64,000 nucleotides of DNA from Anaerolineae bacterium. Its GTDB lineage: Bacteria; Chloroflexota; Anaerolineae; S140-20. The notes under the pieces were generated by a model. It did no database searches. It was not told the DNA's origin and worked only from the letters and a program-made list of their open reading frames with translations. The DNA lies in contig JALUTT010000048.1 in NCBI GenBank assembly GCA_027021705.1, positions 64,001 to 128,000 on the forward strand, given 5' to 3'. Below are positions 19,401-27,576 of this stretch, piece after piece; the first letter of the stretch is position 1, and every line of letters begins with the position of its first letter. The position numbers and the translations under genes were made by a program.

Positions 19401-22400
19401 GAAGTAGTTGGCGGGAAGAACGGAGATGAACGCCCCAAGGCAGCCCTGGCTGTGCCCATTAAGCTGCGCGATCAGGTGATCGGGGCGCTGGACTTCTTCG
19501 AGCCCGATGAGGCCCGGGAATGGGATGAGGATGACATCGCCATCGTAGAGGCGGTGGTGGATCAGGTTGCCCAGGCTCTGGAGAGCGCCCGCCTCTTCGA
19601 GAAAACCCAGACCCAGGCCAGCCGGCTGGCCCTCCTGAACGAGATCACAGCCCGCCTGAGCACGGCCCTGGATCGGGATGAACTCTTCCGTATCTTGAGT
19701 CAGGAACTGGGCCGCATCCTTCCTTTCCACCAGCTCCACATCGCCCTCTACGACCCTCAGCGGGATTCCGAGCACTGCCGGCTGATCCCTCTAGGGAAGG
19801 AAGCCTTCCACGCGGTGCAGACCTTCCCCGTCGAGGATAGCCTGATGGGAGAGGTGTTGCAGAGCGGTCGTCCTCTGTTGTTGAAAGACCTCGCCCTCTC
19901 GTCGGAAGAGATGGGGTCGAACCACCAAGACCGCCGCTATCTCCTCCAGACGGGCGTTCGCTCGGCGATCTTCGTCCCCCTGGGAACCCATGGGCGCCAA
20001 CTAGGGGTGCTGAGCGTGGGCCATGCAGAGGCCGGCTTCTACACCCAGGATGACCTGGCCCTCTTCCAGCAGGTTGCTGCTCAGGTGGCCGTTGCCCACG
20101 AGAACGCCCGCCTCTTCCACGAGACGCGGCGTCGGGCCCGTCAGTTGCAGGACCTCTACGATGCCGGGCTTGCCCTCTCCTCCATCGCCTCGCTGGAGGA
20201 GGTGATGGAGCGGGTTGCTCAAGCGGCTCAGAAGCTGACCCAGGCCAGCCTGACCACGGTCTTCGTCTACGATGAGGACCTGGGTCGCTATCGTCGGGCC
20301 GCCGCGGCCGACGCGCCGGAGCGGCTGGCCTCCTCGCCGGTCATCTACCCCCGTCGGGGAGGCTTCACCGACAAGATCGCCCGCAGCGGTCGCCCCCTCG
20401 TCGTCCCCGATGTCGAGGCCGATCCCGACGTGAACCCGGGTGCTCTGGAGTCGGGGATGCACTCCCTGGTGGGAATTCCGATGCAGATGATGGGACAGGA
20501 GGCCATCGGGGTCATCTTCTGTGCCCATACCGAGAAGCATTACTTCACCGAGGAGCACGTGGAGACCCTCTCCTTCCTGGCCGTCCAGGCGGCGATCGCG
20601 CTGCAGAACGCCCGATCCTTCGCCCAAGTGGAACGCCGGCGGCTGCAACTGGAGACCGCGGCCGAGGTCGCCCGGGTGACCACCGCCGTTCTGGACCTGG
20701 ACGAGCTGCTGGAGCGGACGATCAGCCTGCTCCAAGAGCGGTTTGGCCTCTACTATGCGGGCATCTTCCTGCTGGACGAGACGGGGTCGTGGGCGGTGTT
20801 GCGGGCCGGAACCGGAGAGGCTGGTCGTCGGATGGTGGAGCGTGGACACCGGCTGCAGGTAGGCGGCAATTCGATGATCGGCTGGTGCACGGCCCATGGA
20901 GAGCCCCGCGTGGCCCTGGACGTGAGCAAGGAACGGGTGCGCTTCATCAACCCGCTGTTGCCCGACACCCGCTCGGAGATGGCCCTGCCCCTCATCAGCC
21001 GGGGGCGGGTGATCGGCGCGATGACCATCCAGTCCGATCAGACCGAGGCCTTCTCCCGGGCCGACGTCGCCACCATCCAACTGATGGCCGACCAGTTGGC
21101 CAACGCCATCGAGAACGTCCGGCTCTTCCAGGAGACCCAGACCAGCCTGGTGGAGACCGAGGCCCTCTATCGGGCCAGCCGGCGGGTGGGGGAGGCCCAG
21201 TCCATCGAAAGCGTCCTAGAAGGTGCGGCAGAGTTGGCCGAGGTTCTGATCCCGGAGGCCGGCAGCATCTCCATCAGCCTGATTACCCGCTGGGACGAGG
21301 CCGGAGAGCCGACGGCTGCCGACATTCACGTCCTCTCCCTGGGCACGGGCCAGCGGATCCCGCTGCCGACCCTCACCGATTTTCCCATCACCGATCGGGA
21401 GACGGCGAGGATGGTCCTGGGCGAGCCCGAAGCAGTCGTCATCTACGCCGATGCCGACGATCCCACCTGTTCTATGCCCGAGGAGGTGCGGGAGGTGATG
21501 CACAACAGCGGCACCCGGGGAATGGTCACGCTGGGCCTGCTCGCCCGAGGCCGCTCCTTGGGATTCCTCTCCTTCAGCAGTTCGGCGCCACTCACCGAGT
21601 TCCCGGAACGTCACGTCCGGCGTCTCCGCACCCTGGCCGACCAGATCGCGGTGACCCTGGACAACCTGCAGCTCTTCCGGCAGACTACGGAGGCGCTGGA
21701 AGAGACCCAGACCTACTATGACATCAGCCGGCAACTGCTGGAGGCCCAGACGGTGGAAGAGGTGCTGGCGGCTGCGCTGGCCTTTCTGCAGGAGCCGGAT
21801 GTGGACAGTGCCAGCATCTTCCTGGTGGGTGGACCGCCGGAGGCCCTATGGCTGGAGCGGGTTGCGGTCAAGGGCATTCGGGAGAGGACCGAAGCCCCGC
21901 TGGGCGATCGGATCCCGATGGACCTGTATGGACTAGATCGCCTGCTCGCTCCCGGTCGTACGGTTGTGGTCGAGGATGTGGCCCGCGATACCCGGATTAC
22001 GGAGCCGCTGCGGGAGATGTTGACAGAGTTGGGAAAGCGGGCCGTCGTCTTCGTGCCGATGCAGACGGGGCAGCAGCTGGTAGGGACTTTGCTGGTTGCC
22101 CAAAACTATCCCTACCGCTTCTCCAAACGTCAGATCCGGCTCTACGAGGTTGTGGCGGCCCAGACATCGGTAGCCTTGGAGAACCGGCGCCTGCTGGAGG
22201 AGACCCGACGGCGGGCCGTCCAGTTGGAGGCAGCGGCCAAGGTGGGGCGTTCGGCCACCTCCATCCTGGAGCGCGAGCAACTGCTGCCGGCCGTCGTCGA
22301 GTTGATCCGCGACCACTTCGGCTACTACCACGCTCAGATCTTCCTGATAGACGAGACGGGGCGGTGGGCGGAACTCCAGGCCAGCACCGGTGAGATCGGC

Positions 22401-24242
22401 AGGATATTGCTGGAGCGAGGACATGCTCTGGAGGTGGGCAGCGACTCGGTGATCGGCTGGGTGACCCGTTATGGGCAGCCCCGCGTCGCCCGCGTGGGCG
22501 AGGACCGGGTTCACTTCCGCAACGAACTCCTGCCTGATACCCGGGCCGAGTTGGCCATCCCTCTCATCCTGGGAGGCCGCGTCATCGGAGCCTTGGATGT
22601 GCAGAGCACCGACCCCGAAGCTTTCGGCGAGGACGAGGTCGCGGTGCTTCAACTCGTGGCGGACCAGATCACCATCGCCATCGAGAACGCTCGCCTCTAC
22701 GACGAGCAGAAGCGGGTGGCCGAGAAGCTGCGCGAGGTGGATCGGCTGAAGTCTCAGTTCCTGGCCAATATGTCCCACGAGTTGCGGACACCGCTGAACT
22801 CCATCATCGGCTTCTCGCGGGTGATCCTCAAGGGCATTGATGGTCCCCTCACCGACCTGCAGCGGCAAGACCTGGAAGCGATTCACAACAGTGGTCAACA
22901 CCTGCTAGGGTTGATCAACGACATCCTGGACCTCTCCAAGATCGAGGCAGGTCGGATGGAGCTGGTCTTCGAGGAGGTCAACCTCTACGACATCATCGAA
23001 GGCGTGATGGCGACGGCCAAGGCGCTGGTCAAGGACAAGTCCATCGAGCTGCGCAAGGAAGTTGCCGAGGACCTGCCGACCATTATCGCCGACGGCAAGC
23101 GGATCCGTCAGGTGATGCTCAACCTGCTCTCCAATGCGGCCAAGTTCACCGAAGAGGGATACATCTGCTTGCGAGCCCAGGCCGACGACCGCTACGTGAC
23201 CATCAGCATCGAGGACACCGGGATCGGTATCCCGCCGGAGAAGCACGAGGAGATCTTCCAGGAGTTTACCCAGGTGGATGCCTCTACGACACGCCGTTAC
23301 GCGGGAACGGGCCTGGGGCTGCCCATCAGCCGCCACTTCGTCGAGATGCACGGCGGGCGGATCTGGGTGGAGAGCGAACTGGGGAAGGGTTCGACCTTCT
23401 ACTTCACGCTGCCCATCCGTGGACCCAAGCAGGAGGAGGAGCCTTCTGAGGGCGAGGGTGTGGCCGTAGAGGTGGGGAAGAAGCTGATCCTGGTGGTAGA
23501 TGACGACGAGAGCGTCATCACCCTCTACAAGCGCTATCTGGACAAGCGTGATTACCAGGTCGTTGGCCTGACAGAGAGTCAACAGGCACTCCAGTGGGCG
23601 ATGAACCTGAAGCCCTATGCCATCATCCTGGACATCCTAATGCCGCGCAAGGATGGCTGGAGTGTAATCCAGGAATTGAAGTCCACGCCGGAGACCCGGG
23701 ACATTCCCGTGATCATCTGCAGCATCGTGGGTGATACCGGTCGGGGCTTCAGCTTGGGGGCTGCTGACTACTTGGTCAAGCCGATTATGGAAGACGAACT
23801 GCTCAATGCGCTGTCCCGGCTAGACGGACAAGCCCAAGAGAAAGTCCTGATCATTGACGACAACCCTGACGACATCCAGTTGCTGCGCCGCATCCTGGAG
23901 GAGGGGCAGGGGTGCATGGTGCTGGAGGCCAGCAACGGTGCTGACGGCATCGCCCTGATCCAGGCCGAGCGTCCTAATCTGGTCATCTTGGACTTGATGA
24001 TGCCGGAGGTGGATGGCTTCGCCGTGTTGGAGGCGGTTAAGGCCAATCCCTCTACTCGGGATATCCCTATCATCGTGGTGACGGCGAAGGACCTCTCCGA
24101 AGAGGATCGCCAACGGCTTGCAGGACGCACCATCTCTCTGTTGCAGAAAGGGATCTTTCAGCAGGAGGAGCTGCTCGAGGATGTGGCTGAGGCTTTGGCC
24201 CGGTTGACGGCTAACCAATCCCGGTCCCAAGAGCAGGCGTAG
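16455..24242 (+). CDS. Giant cytoplasmic hybrid histidine kinase: 12 GAF units, HisKA, HATPase, two REC
   Basis: H-box FLANMSHELRTPLNSIIG; N-box NLLSNAAKFT; G1 DTGIGI; G2 GTGLGL; REC motifs DILMP and DLMMP. No TM segment evident. Confidence 0.95.
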   Translation: MADSTHSAHPQDLLDRLLSIVAGIDEGEQREALQQPLEALRKALAVSSDRSRRLYEASRAISLAADMAEVGRALMDFIATCDVDVGRLFLFRADPSGEPVEIEMREGWKRSGEPSQVPYGTRFPLADYPLREAMQPDQVFICSDVGTDPRLNETIRAMMLASELHSFIIVPMTVERRWLGAILVGREVPSTYDEGLVYALWTLAGQAAATLENRQLLADFQGTAEQMVLLNQILQTATTTLDLREALDSIARQTALALNRMCGIFLLEEDGEHLRVGCLWGPDGHTHTSEEALVFPLSENPGMEAAVREQKTQVLDQVQTRARGTARHLAQLSRAETAVYAPLLTRERVVGVLEVSAPVGHPPFTPEQIGTVSTIARQMGIVVQNARLFQETQAALEETDLLLETSRALALALTPQEVADLLAERLMATGVDRCSVVLCDTYGEDGLPQWAEVMAIGDVDPERRKLGLHYRYPIETYPTIQKFLRAPEAFVVTDVRTDPRLTEEERIYMENIGGVAFIAVPMVRRGQVLGYIFAEHSHPYTFSQRELSLYQAMADQAAVTLANMRLFERVQQGWRETEVLYQVGRSLVAASSLEELLECAAQPAIEAGASAASLYLFDPNEAEQPEWGILAAHWQREGDPPFPVGTRLYLADFPFTQLFLADPQTPYLIGDMEAAEQVDETTRDVALQLGVRALVVIPLVTRERRIGILAIPWDEPHQFSEEEERLYRALGPLAAPVTESLRLLEDTRRRALQFQTVTEVAQAASTILNLDELLSQSVELIRERFDLYYAGIFLVDEYGQWAVLRAGTGEAGRAQIEAGHRLEVGGNSMIGWCTAHGKPRVALDVGKEAVRFENPYLPDTRSEMALPLISRGQVIGAMTIQSTQVAAFTDEDVTILQALADQLAAAIQNARLFEQTQQALQEVSRVHQRYIREAWEEYTAHRQRPTGYFLGPDGITAADVWRPEMALAVEREDLLILSEADDEVVGGKNGDERPKAALAVPIKLRDQVIGALDFFEPDEAREWDEDDIAIVEAVVDQVAQALESARLFEKTQTQASRLALLNEITARLSTALDRDELFRILSQELGRILPFHQLHIALYDPQRDSEHCRLIPLGKEAFHAVQTFPVEDSLMGEVLQSGRPLLLKDLALSSEEMGSNHQDRRYLLQTGVRSAIFVPLGTHGRQLGVLSVGHAEAGFYTQDDLALFQQVAAQVAVAHENARLFHETRRRARQLQDLYDAGLALSSIASLEEVMERVAQAAQKLTQASLTTVFVYDEDLGRYRRAAAADAPERLASSPVIYPRRGGFTDKIARSGRPLVVPDVEADPDVNPGALESGMHSLVGIPMQMMGQEAIGVIFCAHTEKHYFTEEHVETLSFLAVQAAIALQNARSFAQVERRRLQLETAAEVARVTTAVLDLDELLERTISLLQERFGLYYAGIFLLDETGSWAVLRAGTGEAGRRMVERGHRLQVGGNSMIGWCTAHGEPRVALDVSKERVRFINPLLPDTRSEMALPLISRGRVIGAMTIQSDQTEAFSRADVATIQLMADQLANAIENVRLFQETQTSLVETEALYRASRRVGEAQSIESVLEGAAELAEVLIPEAGSISISLITRWDEAGEPTAADIHVLSLGTGQRIPLPTLTDFPITDRETARMVLGEPEAVVIYADADDPTCSMPEEVREVMHNSGTRGMVTLGLLARGRSLGFLSFSSSAPLTEFPERHVRRLRTLADQIAVTLDNLQLFRQTTEALEETQTYYDISRQLLEAQTVEEVLAAALAFLQEPDVDSASIFLVGGPPEALWLERVAVKGIRERTEAPLGDRIPMDLYGLDRLLAPGRTVVVEDVARDTRITEPLREMLTELGKRAVVFVPMQTGQQLVGTLLVAQNYPYRFSKRQIRLYEVVAAQTSVALENRRLLEETRRRAVQLEAAAKVGRSATSILEREQLLPAVVELIRDHFGYYHAQIFLIDETGRWAELQASTGEIGRILLERGHALEVGSDSVIGWVTRYGQPRVARVGEDRVHFRNELLPDTRAELAIPLILGGRVIGALDVQSTDPEAFGEDEVAVLQLVADQITIAIENARLYDEQKRVAEKLREVDRLKSQFLANMSHELRTPLNSIIGFSRVILKGIDGPLTDLQRQDLEAIHNSGQHLLGLINDILDLSKIEAGRMELVFEEVNLYDIIEGVMATAKALVKDKSIELRKEVAEDLPTIIADGKRIRQVMLNLLSNAAKFTEEGYICLRAQADDRYVTISIEDTGIGIPPEKHEEIFQEFTQVDASTTRRYAGTGLGLPISRHFVEMHGGRIWVESELGKGSTFYFTLPIRGPKQEEEPSEGEGVAVEVGKKLILVVDDDESVITLYKRYLDKRDYQVVGLTESQQALQWAMNLKPYAIILDILMPRKDGWSVIQELKSTPETRDIPVIICSIVGDTGRGFSLGAADYLVKPIMEDELLNALSRLDGQAQEKVLIIDDNPDDIQLLRRILEEGQGCMVLEASNGADGIALIQAERPNLVILDLMMPEVDGFAVLEAVKANPSTRDIPIIVVTAKDLSEEDRQRLAGRTISLLQKGIFQQEELLEDVAEALARLTANQSRSQEQA

Positions 24243-24244
24243 GT

Positions 24245-24300
24245 CCCCGCCGAGGTGGGAAAGGATAGCATCGTTGTGCTTCCACCCCGCCGAGGTGGGA
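24245..24300 (+). repeat. 16-bp direct repeat x2 (ccccgccgaggtggga)
   Basis: Exact copies at 24245-24260 and 24285-24300 in the kinase/PLP-enzyme intergenic region. Confidence 0.8.
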
Positions 24301-24362
24301 TCTACCGGCAACTGGACCTTATCCCCCAAAAGTGCGCGCGGAAGGAAGGAGTCAAAGAAGCC

Positions 24363-26027
24363 ATGGGCAAGAATCACTTTTGGCTGAAGTGCCCGCAATG
24401 CGGCCATCGTTTCCTCTACAAAGGGCTCGTAACAGCCTGCCCTCGTTGCAGCCACGCCTGGCTGGACGTCGAGTACGATTACGACGCTCTGGCCCCCCGT
24501 CTGCGCCAACTGTTGGAGAGCCGCCCCTTTACCAGCATGTGGCGGTATCGGGAACTGCTCCCGGTGCTCCACGACGAGAACATCGTGACGATGGGGGAAG
24601 GCGGAACACCGCTGCTCCACAGCCAGCATCTGGGAATGATGCTAGGGCATCCCTACATCTACGTGAAGGACGAACGGCAGGGACCGACGGGCTCCTTTAA
24701 GGATCGTCAGGCTTCCCTGGCTATCTCCCTTATGAAGGAGAACGGGATCACAGAGGGTGTATTGGCTTCGACGGGCAATGTTGCCATCTCCTACTCCGCC
24801 TACTCAGCCCTGGCCGGCATCAAGCTCTGGGCCTTTGTCACCAGCACGGTGCCGGCCGACAAGATGCGCGAGGTTGCCCTCTATGGCACGGAGGTGATCA
24901 AGGTTACGGCGACCTACGATCAGACCAAGGAAGTGGCGGCCCGCTTTGCTCAGCACAAAGGGCTCTACCTGGATCGAGGCATCCGCGCTTTTGCCAGCCG
25001 ACAAAGTATGAAGACCATCGCCTACGAGATCGCTGAGCAGTTGGGCTGGCGGGCCCCCGACTGGTACATCCAGGCCGTCAGCGGGGGCCTCGGCCCTGTC
25101 GGCGTCTGGCAGGGCTTCGAGGAACTCTACCGGATGGGGCTGATCCCCAACCTGCCCAAGCTGGCCAGCATCCAGGTGACCGGCTGCGCCCCGATGGTCC
25201 ATTCCTTCCGCAAGGGGCTGGCCGAGGTGGAGCCCGTGCTCAACCCGCAGACCCTCATCGCTACGGTGGCGACGGGTAATCCAGGACCGGCCTATCCCTT
25301 CCTGCGGCGCGTCGTGCTGGAGCACGGAGGGGCCTTCGAAGAGGTCACCGACGAAGAAGCGTTCCGGGCGATGCGGGTGATGGCCCGAATGGAAGGGCTT
25401 TCTATGGAACCGGCTGCCGCTATGGCTTTCGCCGGTCTCTTCAAGCTGATCCAGAAGGGGATCATCCGTAAGGATGAGATCGTCGTCGTCAACTGCTCGG
25501 GTCACACCTTTCCCGTGGAGAAGCACCTGCTGGACGAGGAGTGGGTCCACAGCCTGGAACTGCCCTCGGAAATGGTCGCCGAGCCAGGGCCGGCTGTTCT
25601 AAAGGAAGAGGGGCTTCTGGCCTCGCTGGAACGGCTGGACGACCGGGTGCGGAGTGTGGCCATCATTGACGATGAGCCCGATGCCGTCCGCCTGCTGCGG
25701 CGGATCATCCAGGCCAAAGGCGGCTACCAGATCTACGAAGCCTATGATGGTCGCCAGGGCCTCCAGCTCATCCGCGAGAAGCGGCCTGACCTGGTGCTGC
25801 TGGACCTGATGATGCCGGGGATGGACGGCTTTGCCGTCCTGACGGCGATGAAGGAGGACCCTCAGATCGCGACCATCCCGGTGATCGTCATCACGGCCAA
25901 GGACCTGACCACTCAGGAACGGCGTTGGTTAAGCGGGAAGGTGGAGTCCCTGCTGCAGAAAGGATCCTACATGGACCTGGATGCCCTGGATGCGCTGGTT
26001 GGCGAGCTCTCGACGGCGGTAGGCTGA
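24363..26027 (+). CDS. Threonine-synthase-like fold-type II PLP enzyme fused to a C-terminal receiver domain
   Basis: CPQC..CPRC ribbon; GEGGTPL; PLP-lysine motif PTGSFKDR; ASTGN; EPAAA; then REC IIDDEPD..LLDLMMPGMDG..ITAKD. Confidence 0.88.
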   Translation: MGKNHFWLKCPQCGHRFLYKGLVTACPRCSHAWLDVEYDYDALAPRLRQLLESRPFTSMWRYRELLPVLHDENIVTMGEGGTPLLHSQHLGMMLGHPYIYVKDERQGPTGSFKDRQASLAISLMKENGITEGVLASTGNVAISYSAYSALAGIKLWAFVTSTVPADKMREVALYGTEVIKVTATYDQTKEVAARFAQHKGLYLDRGIRAFASRQSMKTIAYEIAEQLGWRAPDWYIQAVSGGLGPVGVWQGFEELYRMGLIPNLPKLASIQVTGCAPMVHSFRKGLAEVEPVLNPQTLIATVATGNPGPAYPFLRRVVLEHGGAFEEVTDEEAFRAMRVMARMEGLSMEPAAAMAFAGLFKLIQKGIIRKDEIVVVNCSGHTFPVEKHLLDEEWVHSLELPSEMVAEPGPAVLKEEGLLASLERLDDRVRSVAIIDDEPDAVRLLRRIIQAKGGYQIYEAYDGRQGLQLIREKRPDLVLLDLMMPGMDGFAVLTAMKEDPQIATIPVIVITAKDLTTQERRWLSGKVESLLQKGSYMDLDALDALVGELSTAVG

Positions 26028-26048
26028 GCCCGGAGAGACGGCACGGTA

Positions 26049-26135
26049 GAACGCGGGGTAGTGGCTCATCTCCATCGGACAGTCAGCGGGGTTGGTTCCC
26101 CCGGCCGATGGGATGGGCCGACTACCCCGTTGTTC
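26049..26135. repeat. Long imperfect stem-loop at the end of the signalling cluster
   Basis: gaacgcggggtagtggctcatctccatcgg pairs imperfectly with ccgatgggatgggccgactaccccgttgttc. Confidence 0.6.
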
Positions 26136-26140
26136 TTGCC

Positions 26141-26169
26141 TTGACACTCCTCGCTTCTTCCCTTACAAT
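26141..26169 (+). promoter_or_regulatory. Sigma70-type promoter for the R-M genes
   Basis: TTGACA (26141-26146), 17 bp, TACAAT (26164-26169). SD aggagg precedes GTG 26221. Confidence 0.75.
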
Positions 26170-26220
26170 TCCATCGGCTGCAGGGAGCCCTTCCAGGGCC
26201 GATGAAGCAGGAGGTTCCTA

Positions 26221-27573
26221 GTGTCTACCGTGATTCAACGGTTTGCGGAACAATCAGCTACCCAGGGTGCAACCCAAGCCCGTGAGGCGCTTGAGGCACG
26301 TTATCTCCCCTACTTTGAGGAACGGCTACGCTTGCGTCAGTTGGTTACCTATGTGCCCAATAAAACTGCGCCCATTCATCGGTGGTTCCAGTACAAAGAG
26401 GGTTTCTCTTTCCGGCTTGTCGAGCTCTTTCTACGCGAGTTCAAGGCGGACCCGGACCGCTATCGGGTCTTTGATCCCTTCGTCGGTTGCGGCACAACCC
26501 CTTTGGTTGCCAAGCAGATGGGCTTCGGAGCGTGGGGTATTGACATCCTGCCGGTAGCCGTTTTCGTCGCCCGGGTGAAGCTCCGTGGCTCAGAGATGTA
26601 CGATCTGTCCCGCTTGCGATCGGAGATCGAGCGGCTGTTGTCCACGCCTTTCCATCCCCCTGCTCTCTCTGCCCCCCAAGACATACAGATTATCCGGTTA
26701 GCCTACGACCCTGCGATCCTTGAAGAGATTCTCTTTTTCAAGGAGGAAATCCTGCGGGTTGAAGATGAGACGCTCCGGGAGTTCCTGCTGCTGGGGCTTA
26801 TGAGCATTCTTGAGAAGGTGAGTTACACCAGCAAAGATGGTCAGTATCTGCGACTACGGCGGGATAAGGAGATACCCGCCGTGCGGGATGTCCTGCGCTC
26901 TCAGTTGGAGATGATGTACGATGATCTGGCCGGCCGACCAGCGCAATTGGAATTCCCCGGCTTTAGGGTGGGAAGGGCTGACGGTCGTGGTGGTAAACGA
27001 TGTTACGTCGCTCAAGCGGATGCTCGCTCCTTTGCCGATGCATTTGACGACTATGCCGACATCATTATCACCTCTCCGCCCTACCTCAATCGCTACGATT
27101 ACAGCCGCATCTACAGCTTGGAGTTGTGCTTACAGTTTGTCAATGAGTTTGAGGAATTAAAGCGGGTGCGTCATAGCCTTTTGCGATCCCACATTGAGTC
27201 CCGCAAACCGCCGACCGACGATGTCCATCACCCGGCTTTGGTGGAGATACTGGACAACTTGGCAGGACAGGACCTGAACAACCCGCGTATCCCGGTGATG
27301 ATCAAAGGGTACTTTGAAGATATGAACCAGGTACTGGGGCAACTGGCTCAGGTATGCCGCTCGGGGGCACGGGTGGCGTTGGTCGTCGCCAATGCTCGGT
27401 TCCACGGCGAGCTCATCCCCGTTGACCTCTTGCTCTCTGATTTGGCGAGGGAGAACGGATTTGAGGTCGAGCGCGTCATCATCACACGCTACAAGGGCAA
27501 CTCCAGCCAGCAGATGGGACGTTTCGGTCGCGTGGCAGTGCGAGAGAGCATCCTCATTTGGAGGCGAGCTTAG
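26221..27573 (+). CDS. Amino-DNA methyltransferase (likely N4-cytosine), type II R-M
   Basis: Motif I FDPFVGCGTT precedes motif IV TSPPY; HRWFQYKEGFS near the N-terminus. Confidence 0.9.
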   Translation: MSTVIQRFAEQSATQGATQAREALEARYLPYFEERLRLRQLVTYVPNKTAPIHRWFQYKEGFSFRLVELFLREFKADPDRYRVFDPFVGCGTTPLVAKQMGFGAWGIDILPVAVFVARVKLRGSEMYDLSRLRSEIERLLSTPFHPPALSAPQDIQIIRLAYDPAILEEILFFKEEILRVEDETLREFLLLGLMSILEKVSYTSKDGQYLRLRRDKEIPAVRDVLRSQLEMMYDDLAGRPAQLEFPGFRVGRADGRGGKRCYVAQADARSFADAFDDYADIIITSPPYLNRYDYSRIYSLELCLQFVNEFEELKRVRHSLLRSHIESRKPPTDDVHHPALVEILDNLAGQDLNNPRIPVMIKGYFEDMNQVLGQLAQVCRSGARVALVVANARFHGELIPVDLLLSDLARENGFEVERVIITRYKGNSSQQMGRFGRVAVRESILIWRRA

Positions 27574-27576
27574 ACG

